This document shows, piece by piece, positions 31,449-42,909 of a DNA stretch of 64,000 nucleotides. The notes beneath the pieces were generated by a model. That model was not told the origin of the DNA. It saw nothing but the letters and a program-made list of their open reading frames with translations, and ran no database searches. A program made the position numbers and the translations under genes. Position 1 is the stretch's first letter. The number at the start of each line of letters is the position of its first letter. The stretch is from Candidatus Marinacidobacterales bacterium. Its GTDB lineage: Bacteria > Acidobacteriota > Vicinamibacteria > Marinacidobacterales > SMYC01. The DNA is taken from the NCBI GenBank assembly GCA_965224085.1, contig CBDCYI010000011.1, forward strand, positions 1,216,001 through 1,280,000, given 5' to 3'.

Positions 31449-32333
31449 TTAAGCCTCGGTTGAATCACTGGCGTGATTCTTAGTACGGAACGCGTCAGCC
31501 AGAGCCGAGATTCCGGCATAGCTAGCAATGACGACAACGACCCATCGCATGACATCGAGGGGCAGTGATGTGACAAAGTACGCGGCAGCTAGTACCGCCG
31601 GGATTCCACCGATGGTCAATCCCAGTGCGACTTTGACGTTTAGCCGCGTCGATCGCAAGAACCAGAAACTGCACACCGGCATAATAAACGCCGCCGCCCC
31701 CATCATGACCGGAAATGCCGACTTCGGATCGAGGCCCAGCAAGCTGAACAGAACAACGGACGGAGCATACATCCCGATTCCAATGGTCTGTAGAGCGGCA
31801 AATACGAAAAATGCGAACACTGCGAAAGCGAAACCGAAAGCGCCGAGAGACTCCGACCCCGAATAGTTGTCGGGCATTCGGCCTAAGCCTGTGGCCGCAA
31901 AGAATGCTGAGCCGATGAGTAGCGCAAGGCCAACACCTATGCGAATGGGTCGACCTGGAAGTCTGATCACGATAGGCGCACCGAACGCCGCGCCCATAAT
32001 GGCCGAGAGAATGCAGGCCAGCAGCAAGCGAGGGTCCACCTCGACAATTTTGATAAATATCAGCGCCTGAGTAAGCACTGGCAACGCGTGACCCACGTTG
32101 AGTGTGGCCGGAATCTCTACGTCTTCAGTGAGTTTCCGGATTCTAAACCATGCAATCGTCGGCGCAAACGAGCCGATGCCGAGTGTATCGAAGAAATTAG
32201 TTATAGCCCCAAGTGCTACGCCTTCAGCCGTCGTTGATATTGACCCCAATGTGGATCTTGCCCGTCGCAAGAAAAACGTCAAAAAAGCGATGCTCACCAG
32301 GCCGAGCAGTAGTAGCAGAATGATTCGAATCAT
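31449..32333 (-). CDS. TauE/SafE (TSUP) family membrane protein
   Basis: [12 protein letters not shown] and IGIGMYAP repeats; multiple TM helices. Confidence 0.8.
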   Translation of the reverse strand: MIRIILLLLLGLVSIAFLTFFLRRARSTLGSISTTAEGVALGAITNFFDTLGIGSFAPTIAWFRIRKLTEDVEIPATLNVGHALPVLTQALIFIKIVEVDPRLLLACILSAIMGAAFGAPIVIRLPGRPIRIGVGLALLIGSAFFAATGLGRMPDNYSGSESLGAFGFAFAVFAFFVFAALQTIGIGMYAPSVVLFSLLGLDPKSAFPVMMGAAAFIMPVCSFWFLRSTRLNVKVALGLTIGGIPAVLAAAYFVTSLPLDVMRWVVVVIASYAGISALADAFRTKNHASDSTEA

Positions 32334-32559
32334 TGCCTCGCCGCAGTCAGATTCGTTGCGTCATGGTGGGAGCTCTGGATAAATCTCCTCATATCGCTCC
32401 CGACGCGGGTCGCTTTCTCCCATGCAGCTCGAGATATAAAAAGGGAGTTGGTAAATTGTATCGCGCTCTGCGGACCAGCTAGCATCGATGTCGACCACCA
32501 CCAAGCCTAGCTCGTCGTTCGACCTACAATTCCAAGATTGCTTCGAGACCGGTACCTCA

Positions 32560-32757
32560 TCTTCGAAGAACTGTTCTCACCCTAGCCGCCAAAGCCGCAA
32601 CCACCGATCGAAAATCGGCGTCCTGCGCGAACAGCACGCGTCCGAGTTCCGTCGCTTGCTGAAGAAGGGAAGTATCAGCTAGCTCTGACGTTCGTCTTCA
32701 TAGCAAGTGAGCACATCGACGCCGCGAGCGCGAAGGCCTTCGGTGATCGCCAGCGGC
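32560..32757 (-). pseudogene. DUF5615 PIN-like toxin fragment
   Basis: AITEGLRARGVDVLT...ATELGRVLFAQDADF with an internal stop. Confidence 0.6.
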
Positions 32758-32964
32758 GACGCAAGGATTTTCAGGGCTTGCGCATGTGGTCTCTATTGGT
32801 CGTTTTTGCTCGGTTTTGGTTTGTTTGCTTTCATTCGTGCCCCTACGGGTAGGCCGAATCGACCAGCACCGACCAGAAGTCACGAGAAAGACGGGTAAAG
32901 TCGGGGCAAAGTCACACCGCGAAGTTGCCCTACCTGGAAGTCGCGTCGTAACATCCACATCGTC

Positions 32965-33270
32965 GTGTCCCTCAAAGCCGGTCAGAAGCTCGCTCACTAC
33001 GAGATGATCGAGCCTATCGGTAAGGGCGGGATGGGTGAGGTCTTTCGCGCTCGCGACACGAAGCTCGACCGCGACGTAGCCATTAAGGTGCTCCCTGAGG
33101 GGCTCACGCTGGACCAGGAGCGGGTCACTCGCTTCGAGCGGGAGGCCAAGCTTGTCGCGGCGCTGAACCATCCGAACGTAGCAACGCTCCATGCGCTCGA
33201 GGAGTTCGAAGATGAGCGATTCCTCGCGATGGAGGTGGTTCTCGGAGAGACGCTGTCGGAGATGATGCAG
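32965..33270 (+). pseudogene. Ser/Thr kinase N-lobe fragment
   Basis: IGKGGMGEVF, VAIKVLP, RFEREAK, LNHPNV; ends at GETLSE. Confidence 0.88.
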
Positions 33271-33347
33271 CTCCGAGCGCAAGCGGTGGGGAGCGGGCCG
33301 TCCCGGGCGGTGTCGTGCGTCCTCCTCCCGAGGGAAGCCAGTCATTC

Positions 33348-34658
33348 ATGAGCACTGCCGCCGAACAGCCTCAGCCGCTGACGGACATTGAGTACAAGCT
33401 GCTGCTCATCGCCTACATCCACACGCAGCCGGACGACGCGCTCAACAAGGGCCGCGTCATCAGCACCCTCTTCGCCTCCGCCGGCCCGGTGGGCAACAAC
33501 CCCGCCTCGATGCCCCAGCTCCTCTCCGAGCTGAAGGTTGAGAACATCAGCCAGATCGAGTCCGCGGTGAACGACTTCGCGCTCAACGCGAAGAAGGACC
33601 TCATCATCGCGCTGAATAAGACGCGGACCTCGATCCTCAACGCGCTCCCTCCCGACTTCCCGGCGGGCTCGCGCGAGGAGTCCGACGTCGCGGTCAAGCC
33701 GGTCCTCAGCTCCGTCGCGAAGAAGGTCCAGGCGATGCAGGCCGCCGCGAAAGAGGCACCGCCGCCGCCCGTCGAGGCCGGCGAGGAGCCGCTCGGACCC
33801 GCGCCCGCGCCGCTGGTCCGCGCGATGATCTGGCAGCCGCCGATCGTCTTCACGCACGCGCAGAAGCTGGGCAAGGACACGACGCTGAAGCTGACCATGC
33901 TCTTCGACGGCGACGTGGTGCTCGGCGCCGGCATGCTGATGTACCGCATCCGTGTCGAGGGTCAGCAGGTTCGCGTGATGCACTACGAGATGTACGGCGA
34001 GCCTCGCGTGAACGAGGACGTCATGTTCCCGATAGGGCAGCGCATCGTCATCGGTCGCGGCTCGAAGGCGAATCACCAGCGCCCCGACCAGGACGCCGAC
34101 ATGAGCTCGCGCGGCCTCTCGCGCCTGCACGCGGCCGTGACGGTCAGCATGTCCGCACAGCTGAACATGCTGATGTTCGAGCTTCTGGACCTGGGCTCGA
34201 CGAACGGCACGCCGGTCTGGTGGAACGACCCGCAGGGCGCGCCTCCCGTCGCCATGCAGAGCCGTCAGGTGCTCGACAACGTGCACGGCCGCTCGCTGGC
34301 CACGCCCGTCGCCGGCGGCGACGTCTGGCTGTCCGCGGGCTCCATGCTCTACCACCTCGCCATCGGCGGCGGCGTCATCCAGATCAGCCACCACGGCGCG
34401 AACTTGCAGGGGCTCGCTCCGATCGCGCCGCGGCAGCACCCGGTCGGGACGCCCCTCACCATCGGACGCGACCCTGCTCTCGCACACCCGATCGACGATG
34501 AGCACCCGGGCGCGACCGGCTTGTCGCGTAAGCACGTCACCGTGCACGTGCAGGACTTCGGCGGCGGCCAGCTCCACCTGCGCGTCGACGATCACTCGTC
34601 GAACGGCACCACCGTCTGGTGGAACCCGCCGGCCTCGGCCTACGCCGGCTCGAACTGA
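33348..34658 (+). CDS. Protein with tandem FHA domains and an uncharacterised helical N-terminus
   Basis: Two FHA signatures: IGRG...LSRLH...GSTNGT and IGRD...LSRKH...SSNGT; very high GC3. Confidence 0.8.
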   Translation: MSTAAEQPQPLTDIEYKLLLIAYIHTQPDDALNKGRVISTLFASAGPVGNNPASMPQLLSELKVENISQIESAVNDFALNAKKDLIIALNKTRTSILNALPPDFPAGSREESDVAVKPVLSSVAKKVQAMQAAAKEAPPPPVEAGEEPLGPAPAPLVRAMIWQPPIVFTHAQKLGKDTTLKLTMLFDGDVVLGAGMLMYRIRVEGQQVRVMHYEMYGEPRVNEDVMFPIGQRIVIGRGSKANHQRPDQDADMSSRGLSRLHAAVTVSMSAQLNMLMFELLDLGSTNGTPVWWNDPQGAPPVAMQSRQVLDNVHGRSLATPVAGGDVWLSAGSMLYHLAIGGGVIQISHHGANLQGLAPIAPRQHPVGTPLTIGRDPALAHPIDDEHPGATGLSRKHVTVHVQDFGGGQLHLRVDDHSSNGTTVWWNPPASAYAGSN

Positions 34659-35216
34659 CATCGAACCTGGAGCGGAAGGCGGGACGCATCATCCCGTGGG
34701 TAGTAGAGCGCAATGCAGTGGCGGCGGGATAGACTCATTAACGATTTCTGTAACGGGACTCCGAGTTGTTGACGACCTGGTTCTCGAGAGCCTCGAAGGA
34801 CGTCGGGTTTCGGTTGTCTTCCGGAACGCATCGATCGCCTCGTCGAATCGCCGCGTGCTGATGTAGGCGTCGCCGAGCCCGCCCCCGGTGAGTGGCGCTC
34901 GTGGCTTGAGCGCGAGTGCTCTTCGAAATGAAGCGATGGCTTCCTCGAAGTCCCGACGAGTCATCGTCGAGGAGACGCACGAGCGAGGCCTCGTGGCCGA
35001 GACCGCCTCCACCACGCTCGAAGGCCTTTTGATTTCCATCGAAGCGGGAATCGAGTTGATCCAGCACTCCGAGGTCGTCGGTCATCGAGAGATCACGGAC
35101 GAGCTTGTCGAGCTCATTCGGCGAGCGCGAGATCATCTGTTCTCTACTCCCGAACAAATACATCTGAAAGATCTGGAAAGAGGATCTCGAGGAACGAGAG
35201 GAAGCAAAACCGAGAC

Positions 35217-36131
35217 CTAATGCAGGAGCGCATAGATGACGCCCAGCACGCCAATGCTTACAAGAAATGCTGTCGCCACGTTGAAGAATCTGCTCTCCGT
35301 TCCGACCCTGGTCAACACCTCTTGAGGGGTGCCCCTGTACACGATCAAGTTATGTCCCCATCGACGCTTTTCGGCCGTCAGTCCGTCGCGCTTGGCGTCA
35401 TAGGTGCCGATGATAGACATGACTTGGTTAACGGGGAGCACCTCTTCCTGGTAGTGCAGGTTGGCGCCCGTTCCAAGATCGGTTTCCATGCAGTAGTCCC
35501 TGTGCACCTCGTCCAGCTCCGTGTGTCGGGCTTCGAGGAGGCTGCCCTGGCGTTCGCGCTGGCCGGCGGAGGTCGCTGTCGTGGCGATCTGTGTAATCAG
35601 GGCACGCCCTTCTGCCAGCCACTCGTCACCGTGCGCCTCTTGCCTGAGATCATCCTCAAAACCCGGCAAGTTACAGAGACGGAGGCTTCTATCCGCGTTG
35701 TCTACCTTGCACCGGGCCATATGAAACCCTTCGGCAAGGACCACGATCGAGTGCTGTCGGTGCGAACCGGCCCCCCTTGAAGCAGCAATTCTATAGGTGT
35801 ACGCGGCGCATGGTTGGGCGGTAAAGGGGGACTGGAGAGGCTCTCCTTGCACGCGTACCATGCCGTCAAAGACTACGACATCTCCGTCACGAAGTTCCGA
35901 CTTGCCGCTCCTCGTGCGTAGTACTCGAAGATTCAACATGTCCGCGGTGTGCCAGTAGAGCAGGACGAGACCGAGAACAAAGCAAGTACCGGAGATTAAT
36001 CCGATGGCAATCCCGGCGCGGGATATAACAAAGGAAACAAGGGCGAACCAGACGACGAGAAGCACCGCCGGCGCAATCAGCGAGCGATAAAAGCGCACAT
36101 TGCGAGACGGTCTCTCAGTGGCTCCTACCAT
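35217..36131 (-). CDS. Hypothetical membrane protein, possible integron-type cassette gene
   Basis: 304 aa; two N-terminal and one C-terminal TM; starts 18 nt after an attC-like site. Confidence 0.75.
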   Translation of the reverse strand: MVGATERPSRNVRFYRSLIAPAVLLVVWFALVSFVISRAGIAIGLISGTCFVLGLVLLYWHTADMLNLRVLRTRSGKSELRDGDVVVFDGMVRVQGEPLQSPFTAQPCAAYTYRIAASRGAGSHRQHSIVVLAEGFHMARCKVDNADRSLRLCNLPGFEDDLRQEAHGDEWLAEGRALITQIATTATSAGQRERQGSLLEARHTELDEVHRDYCMETDLGTGANLHYQEEVLPVNQVMSIIGTYDAKRDGLTAEKRRWGHNLIVYRGTPQEVLTRVGTESRFFNVATAFLVSIGVLGVIYALLH

Positions 36132-36149
36132 GACGCAATTTTCATCTTC

Positions 36150-36238
36150 ATTGAACGCAAAGGCAAATGGCTGCGGACCGAAGGTTGCGACTCCAACGCG
36201 TAGCGACCTACCCGCTAGCCTCCAGCCTTTGGTTGGGT
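36150..36238 (-). other. attC-like recombination site
   Basis: Minus strand ACCCAAC-CAAAGGC...GCGG / CCGC...GCCTTTG-C-GTTCAAT: RYYYAAC and GTT cores around an imperfect 89-bp palindrome. Confidence 0.55.
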
Positions 36239-36978
36239 GCTAGATGCAGACACACCGATGCCAAAAGGCAATATGGAGACGATCTTGGCGATGTTTCTGG
36301 TCGTTTGCGCGTCCAAAACTCCCGTTCAGCCGATGCATGATGATTGTCTGCTGACAGATTATGACATCGTTGAACGAACCCAGTCCTCCGTATATCCGCC
36401 TCCGGTGAGCTCGCGGAGGACGTAATCGGCTCGGGAGGTATCGGAAGAAGCTGAGCGTGTTGTCCGTCGGCCGAGGGTGAGAGGCGCTAGCCAGTTGTCG
36501 ACCTTCGTTGGTCAGGATCGCTCTTTCGTCGCGTCGCATCCACTTGAAGCTCAGTAGGTGTCAAGCGGTGATACCGAGACGTCAACTACGATTGACTCCA
36601 ACTCGGACGAGCGAAACCACCTCGGCGTGCTCGACTTGCCGAATCTTACCTTGCAAGGCTCCAGGCAATGTCAACGGGCGTTGACGATCGCTTTGGATGC
36701 CCTCTCCACCATCCGTACGACCTCATGTGCCTCAACCCCGTGACGGGTTACGCTTGCAACGGTATCGACGGCCTCGATGAACTGGCCCTATGGGCTTCTG
36801 GTATCTTCCACGTCGACGTCAGGGGGACCTTAGCTCATGCACGCTGAAAGAATTGAGACGGGCACGGCCCGGAGCCATGATTTTTCCTATCCCTGGCCGG
36901 GAAAGACGACCTATGGCGCGGTCTCGTTATCTTGAGTGACGACCCGACCGTCGATAAGAGACTTAGAAGGAAACAATA

Positions 36979-38205
36979 GTGAGAAAGCATTGCTTCGCCG
37001 CTCTACTTCTTCCTCTCGTTTTTGTTCTCGGGAATATTTCAAACGGCTGGGCCCAGCCCGGCACCATCGTCGTTCGCGCAGCACACCTCATCGATCCGGC
37101 AGCTGGCCGGAACATTGATGACGTCGTTGTTGTCATCGCTGGCGAGCGCGTTGCCGATGTCGGTTCGGGTTTAGCGGTTCCGCGCGGAGCGCGTGTCGTT
37201 GACCTCGGAGATGCCACGCTCCTGCCCGGACTCATCGATGCCCATGCGCACATCACCTTCCACGCCAGCGACTATTACGAGTATCTCTTTCGAACGAGTC
37301 CGATCGATCTCGCGGTGACGGCTCATGTCTATGCCCGTCGAACGCTCGAAGCTGGCTTCACCACCATCCGCGACGTCGGGGCTTCGGAGTTCATCGATGT
37401 TGCGCTCCGCAAAGCCATTGATGCGGGAGTCGTCGTGGGCCCGCGGATGCAGGTCTCGGGTCTCGGGATCAGCGCAACCGGAGGCCACGGCGATCTGAGC
37501 GGGTTCTCGCCGTACTTGAGCTTCGCGCAGTTCTCGAATATCGCAGACGGCGTCGACGAGATCCGCCGCATGGTGCGCTTCAACATCAAGCACGGGGCGG
37601 ACCTCATCAAGGTGATCGCCGGCGCCGGCGTGCGCTCGGAAGAGGAGTCCGTCGGCGCGCCGCAATTCACGCAAGAGCAGCTCGACGCCCTGGTGACCGA
37701 GGCCACGATGTGGGGGAAGAAGGTTGCCGCACACGCCCATGGGGCTGAAGCGATCAAGCGCGCGATCCGCGCGGGCGTCGCCTCGGTGGAGCATGCCGGG
37801 CTCATCGAAGACGTCTACATCATCGAGCACGCCGATGAGATGGGTCTCCCGGAACAAATGATCGAGAAGGAGCGAGAGTTCCGGCGGCACCAGTCGGCGA
37901 ATTGGGGGCGCGCCATGCGCGAGGGTGTTAAGTTTGCTTCTGGCACCGACGCCGGTGTGTACCCACATGGAGAGAACGGCCGGCAGTTCGCTTACCTGGT
38001 CGAGCAGGGCTTTTCGCCGATGGAGGCCATCCGGATGGCGACGGTGTACGCTGCCGATCTCCTGGGCTGGTCCGATCGAGTAGGGCAGGTCGCTCCGGAC
38101 TCTTATGCCGATCTCATCGCGGTCGATGGAGATCCCTTGAACGATATCAGTGTGCTCGAGCGTGTTCGCTTCGTGATGAAGGGCGGGGTGGTCGTCAAGG
38201 AATGA
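36979..38205 (+). CDS. Secreted metal-dependent amidohydrolase (Xaa-Pro dipeptidase-like); possible short internal deletion
   Basis: PGLIDAHAH, AGFTTIRDVG, AHAHG, VEHA, GTDAG. Confidence 0.85.
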   Translation: MRKHCFAALLLPLVFVLGNISNGWAQPGTIVVRAAHLIDPAAGRNIDDVVVVIAGERVADVGSGLAVPRGARVVDLGDATLLPGLIDAHAHITFHASDYYEYLFRTSPIDLAVTAHVYARRTLEAGFTTIRDVGASEFIDVALRKAIDAGVVVGPRMQVSGLGISATGGHGDLSGFSPYLSFAQFSNIADGVDEIRRMVRFNIKHGADLIKVIAGAGVRSEEESVGAPQFTQEQLDALVTEATMWGKKVAAHAHGAEAIKRAIRAGVASVEHAGLIEDVYIIEHADEMGLPEQMIEKEREFRRHQSANWGRAMREGVKFASGTDAGVYPHGENGRQFAYLVEQGFSPMEAIRMATVYAADLLGWSDRVGQVAPDSYADLIAVDGDPLNDISVLERVRFVMKGGVVVKE

Positions 38206-38531
38206 GTCGCTCTGCCCTTCCGACAGGCAGAGGCTCTATATTCTCTAAGGCAAGGGGATCTCCAAGGACGGGGATCTCCTCGACCTCGCCGTGGCTCAGC
38301 AGGCGTGAGGTTGCCACCCGCCTATTCTCGATCGTCAGTGCATTGTAGTGACCCTTCTCGTTGGGGCACCTACTTGGGGGCAGTATCACGGCTCGAGCCG
38401 AGCGTCGCCGCCCGCTCATAAAAGGAAGGCACCTTTCGCCCGCCCGCCTCCTTTGCCCAGAGAGCGTCAGCAAATGAACAGTATTGCGTTATGAGGAATT
38501 CCTTGAGGCGCGGTCAGCTTCGCCAGGACCG

Positions 38532-39053
38532 CTAGCCCCGTCGGCGGCGGCGGTAGGCAATTAGAAGGATCGAGCCGAAGCCGGCCAGCGCAAGAGTCGA
38601 GGGTTCGGGTACAGCCGCGGAGCTAGGCTCCACGAAGGTCTGAAACGCGAAGTCATTCGCAAACCCGGGGACAGTCCACGTCGTCGTAAAAACTCGTCTG
38701 TACGCCGAGCCGTCCGCGTAGTTATTCGCCGCGCCACCGGTGGAGCTGCCGGTCCAACTATATGCGGGATTGTCGCCCGCGCTTCGCAGCACCACCGCCA
38801 TAACGTCTCCGGACGTCACACCGAGGGCGAGCGCGGTGAGATCGATGCTCGTGAAGGTCGTCGGGATTGAACCGAGCGGGAACATGGTCGCTGCAATCGA
38901 CAAGCTGGCAAGAATGTTGCCTCCGGCGTTCGGTTCGGTGGGAGCACCCCCGGTTGTCGTCCGGATATCCAGAAGGAGAGGCGCGGTGGTGCTGGTAGCC
39001 GGGTTGCGCCCTACCATCACGTCGATACTCGTGAGGACGCCAGTGATCCCCAC
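38532..39053 (-). pseudogene. PEP-CTERM protein lacking its N-terminus
   Basis: C-terminal VPEPSTLALAGFGSILLIAYRRRRRG; no signal peptide. Confidence 0.75.
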
Positions 39054-39224
39054 GGCAAATTATCGAGCTGTAAAGAACTTCGACATTTCTAGACGAGAGA
39101 GGTGCTCCTTATGGTTTCAAAAGGGATTCGACTGTACTACTGGCCCGAAATGCCTTCGTCTATTTCCGGTCAGGGCGTGCGCTCAGCGAGACGGGGTGGG
39201 GGAGAGAGCGTGAACGACGATCAC

Positions 39225-39460
39225 GCCCAGCGCAGAGCGTCGAGGGGGTGGACGCTCGCCGCGCCGGAAGGTAGCTCGCGAGCAACGAGACCGCGGCGAG
39301 ACAGAGCGCAACGACGCCGTACGTCGTGACGTCTCTCGCGTCCACACCGAAGAGAAGCGAGGACATGAGCCGGGTGAGAAAGAAAGCCGCCACGACGCCG
39401 AGCGCGACGCCGAAAGCGGTCAGTTTCGCGCCATCTCGAAGGACGAGACGGCTCACGTTA
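39225..39460 (-). pseudogene. ABC/FtsX-type permease C-terminal fragment
   Basis: LTRLMSSLLFGV...ASYLPARRAS. Confidence 0.75.
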
Positions 39461-39695
39461 GCTGGAGTTGGTGGCCGGAGACGATCCCGCCGAACTCCCG
39501 CTCGCTTTCTTGCCACTCGTTAGAGAACTCCTCACAGAGCTCGCCCGGGCGCTGTGAGAAAGTCGATGACGAGTCCAAAGGCCTTCGTAATCGCCGAGCC
39601 AAGACCAGGCGGCCGCTCGATCTTCATGAGGCACGAATCGGTCACCACCAGCTGACCGTTCGAGGTTGGTTTCGGCGAAGCGAGTAGCGGGCACG

Positions 39696-41687
39696 CTAGT
39701 CGCGCCCCTGCATCTTGAATAGTCGCGCCGCGGACTCGAGAGCGTCCCGATCTCCCACGGCAACGACGGCGTCGCCGACACGGAATCCGAACGCCGGATC
39801 GGGTCGATAGAGGGCCTTTCCCGAACGGATAACGGCGATGACGATCGCTCCCGTGACTCGCCTCAAGTTCAAGGATGTCGGATTCTGGCCGAGCGCCGCG
39901 GCTCCATCCTCGACTTCGATGATATCGAGCGCTCCGTGGATGCCGAGGTGTTTGAGGGCGTCGAGCTTCAAGTCGGAGAGCGCGTCCTCCCGCAGGATGC
40001 GATAGTGCTCGTTTCTCACTGCGTCGAGCTCCCGATGCACGACGTTCGTCGGAATTTCATAGAACTCGAGAACGCGAGCAAAGAGCTCGAGCGTCGCTTC
40101 GAATTCTTCGACGACGACTTCGGATGCGCCGAGCCGCATGAGCTCGTCGATCGCGAGCACGTACCGGGTGCGTACGAGTATCCGCGCCGCGGGGTTCAGA
40201 CGGTGCGCGTTGGCAACACCCAGTCGCTCCTCCGTCGGTGCAGCGATGGCGAACACGACGACGCGAGCACGTGCGATGCCGACTTTCTGAAGCGCTGCCT
40301 CCTGAGTTCCGTCACCAAAGAGGACTAGATCGCCCTCCTCGCGGCCGCGGCGAACAGCTTCGCCGTTCTGCTCGAGGACGACGTAAGTCAGACCCGCGGC
40401 CCGCAGAACACGCGCCAGATGTCGGCCGCTGAGACCGTAGCCGACGACTATCGCGTGATCGCGAAGCTCGGCGATCTCATCCTGCTCGGCCGATTCGACG
40501 GAAACCTCGGGGATGCCGAGAAATCGCGAGAGTCTCTCGGTAACCGGCTTCGCGCCGGCAACGAGAAACGGCGTCAGCATCATCGTCAGCACGGACGACG
40601 CGATGAACAATTGGTAGTCGTTTCCCGCGAACAGCCCCAACGGGGCCGCGACGCTGGCGAGAATAAAAGAGAACTCTCCCACCTGCGCCAATGAAATCCC
40701 CGAGACGAGGCTCGTCCGGAAACCACGGTTCAAAGTCAACACCGCGACCGTCGTGAGCACAATCTTCAAGAGCAGGATCAATCCCGTTCCGAGGGCGACG
40801 AGAAGCGGTGCTTCGGTCACGTATCCGACATCAAGAAGCATGCCGACCGAGATGAAGAAGATACCGCTGAAGGTATCCCGGAACGGGCGGACGTCCGAAA
40901 CCGCCTGGAGACCGTACTCGGATTCCGAGATCACGAGCCCGGCCAGAAACGTGCCGAGCGCCAAGGACAGGCCGAAGCTCGCCGTCACGAACGCGGCGCC
41001 CGCACCCACGAACGCGACGCACAACGTGAATAGCTCCCGGTTCTTCAACAAGACGATGCGATCCAGGAAACGGGGAACGACGATGCGTCCGGCCAGCATG
41101 ATCGCGAGGACGACGATGAGACTCACTCCGACTTCTGTCCAGAGACTCATGCCAAGGCCGGCGCCCGCCTGCGCGAGGACGGGCACGACCAAGATCAGGG
41201 GAACGACACAGAGATCCTGGAACAGCAGAATCGATACGGCGACGCGCCCGGCAGGGGAGTCCAGCTCGACGCGGTCGGCGTAGAGCTTCAGCACGACCGC
41301 CGTGGAAGAGAGAGCGACGAGAGATCCGTAGAACAACGCGCGGTTCCAGGGAGCGTCGAGCGCCCATCGCGCGGCGAGCGCAGCCGAGAGGAGAGTGAGC
41401 GCCACCTGCAAACTGCCGCCCTGAAGCACGAGCCGACCGAGTCTCGCGATACGCGCCAGCGAGAACTCGAGCCCGATCGTGAAGAGAAGGAGCATGACCC
41501 CGAGCTCCGCCAGTGTCGAGACGATGTCAGCCCCCGAAATCAACGCGAAACCGTGTGGCCCGATCGCGATGCCGGCGAGCAGGAAACCCGCGACCGTGGG
41601 CAGACGGGCGCGGTGGGCGAGGGCCGCGACGGGGATCGCGACCGCGAGCAGAATCACGAGATCTCGGAGGACACTCAGCTCATGCAC
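39696..41687 (-). CDS. CPA2/Kef-type cation:proton antiporter with TrkA-N and TrkA-C domains
   Basis: AELGVMLLLFTIGLEFS, LSSTAVV, LFQD, AQVGEFSF, IVVGYG. Confidence 0.93.
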   Translation of the reverse strand: MHELSVLRDLVILLAVAIPVAALAHRARLPTVAGFLLAGIAIGPHGFALISGADIVSTLAELGVMLLLFTIGLEFSLARIARLGRLVLQGGSLQVALTLLSAALAARWALDAPWNRALFYGSLVALSSTAVVLKLYADRVELDSPAGRVAVSILLFQDLCVVPLILVVPVLAQAGAGLGMSLWTEVGVSLIVVLAIMLAGRIVVPRFLDRIVLLKNRELFTLCVAFVGAGAAFVTASFGLSLALGTFLAGLVISESEYGLQAVSDVRPFRDTFSGIFFISVGMLLDVGYVTEAPLLVALGTGLILLLKIVLTTVAVLTLNRGFRTSLVSGISLAQVGEFSFILASVAAPLGLFAGNDYQLFIASSVLTMMLTPFLVAGAKPVTERLSRFLGIPEVSVESAEQDEIAELRDHAIVVGYGLSGRHLARVLRAAGLTYVVLEQNGEAVRRGREEGDLVLFGDGTQEAALQKVGIARARVVVFAIAAPTEERLGVANAHRLNPAARILVRTRYVLAIDELMRLGASEVVVEEFEATLELFARVLEFYEIPTNVVHRELDAVRNEHYRILREDALSDLKLDALKHLGIHGALDIIEVEDGAAALGQNPTSLNLRRVTGAIVIAVIRSGKALYRPDPAFGFRVGDAVVAVGDRDALESAARLFKMQGRD

Positions 41688-42368
41688 GTTCTATCGGAGC
41701 ATAGTCCGAATCGCACAGTGCGCGATACACGAGCATGAATCGCTTCGAGCCAACGTTTCGTCCGCGTATTTCGTTCGGGCTACCGTTGTTAGAGAGTTGA
41801 CGACCCGAAGGAGCGTGGGATGGTGAACCCTGATCGACGTGAGTTCCTCGCGAGTTTTGCCACGCTCGATCGGCTTTCACTCGAAAAGACCGAAGCCGAC
41901 CTCGTCCTTAAAAACGGCAACATTATTACATTACTGTCGACAACGACCAGCCAAATGCAGAGGCGGCCACGATCGCTCGAGACCGGTTCCTCGCCTTGGG
42001 GTCGAACGACGACGTCCTCAACCTTGTTACGGGACGTACGCGCCGCGTCGATCTAGAAGGCCTTCGCTTCTGATGAACCGCGCCCGCGAGGCTCACGCCT
42101 CATCGCTGGCCCAGTCGCTCACCGTCAACGCGACGTTCAACCCTTTGCGTTCCGACCCACGCTTTCAGGACCAGCGCCGCCGGATCAACCTGCCGCCGGA
42201 GTGAGGCATCGCGCCCCGCTAGTTGGCACCCCCCTCGTAGTTGCGGAACGTGTTACCTGCTTGCAGCGACATAGGAACGTGCCCGCGATCGTAGCTCCAG
42301 TTCCGAGTGAACTCAACTGGCTCCGTTTTGGAAGGAGGTTTTCAACGGTGCATTTCGTCTGTGTAAGT

Positions 42369-42643
42369 GATGACGTCAAAGCTGAACTGGCCTCAGTGCT
42401 GGGGACTGGGAGTTGGTCTTCACCGACTACACGGAGGCACGCATGGAAGAGCGTCTTTGTACCGAACTCGACGTGCGTCGTATGATGGAATATGCGAGCG
42501 ATTTCGATCGTGGGAAACGGGAAGGACGATGGGAGATCCAGACTCGCTTTCGCGGGAACCCGTGGAAGGTGATCGTCGAGCCCGACCCGGAAAGGAAACG
42601 TCTCGTCGTCGTGACCGTCTATTCGGTGGAACCAAAGAAATGA
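42369..42643 (+). CDS. DUF4258-like putative toxin (frameshift near 42400)
   Basis: ELVFTDYTEARMEER...WKVIVEPD...VVVTVY; ATGA-coupled to the next gene. Confidence 0.6.
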
Positions 42644-42909
42644 GAGATGTTTATCTCGAAGTGACATACCGGCACGGAAGTCCGTGGGTTGCCTACCTGT
42701 ATCTTCCCCGCATCCCGGGAGACAAGAGCGCTCGCTGTGTCGAGGTTGAGCCGGACATGGTTCTGGACATCAACAACGAAGGAAAACTCATCGGGATCGA
42801 GTTCACCACGCCAGAGCTCGTCACGCTCCAGGTCGTCAACAGGGTTCTAGAAGATTACGGATTTGAGCCCCTCGACGCTTCTGACTTGAAGCCGTTGCTC
42901 GCCGCGTAG
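42640..42909 (+). CDS. DUF2283-like putative antitoxin
   Basis: AYLYL...MVLDINNEGKLIGIEF. Confidence 0.7.
   Translation: MRDVYLEVTYRHGSPWVAYLYLPRIPGDKSARCVEVEPDMVLDINNEGKLIGIEFTTPELVTLQVVNRVLEDYGFEPLDASDLKPLLAA

Noticed and set aside
33342-34661. Long antisense ORFs (also 26176-27213, 48540-50003, 48586-49803, 50055-51155)
   Set aside because: Shadows of high-GC genes on the other strand or frame, with no motifs of their own.
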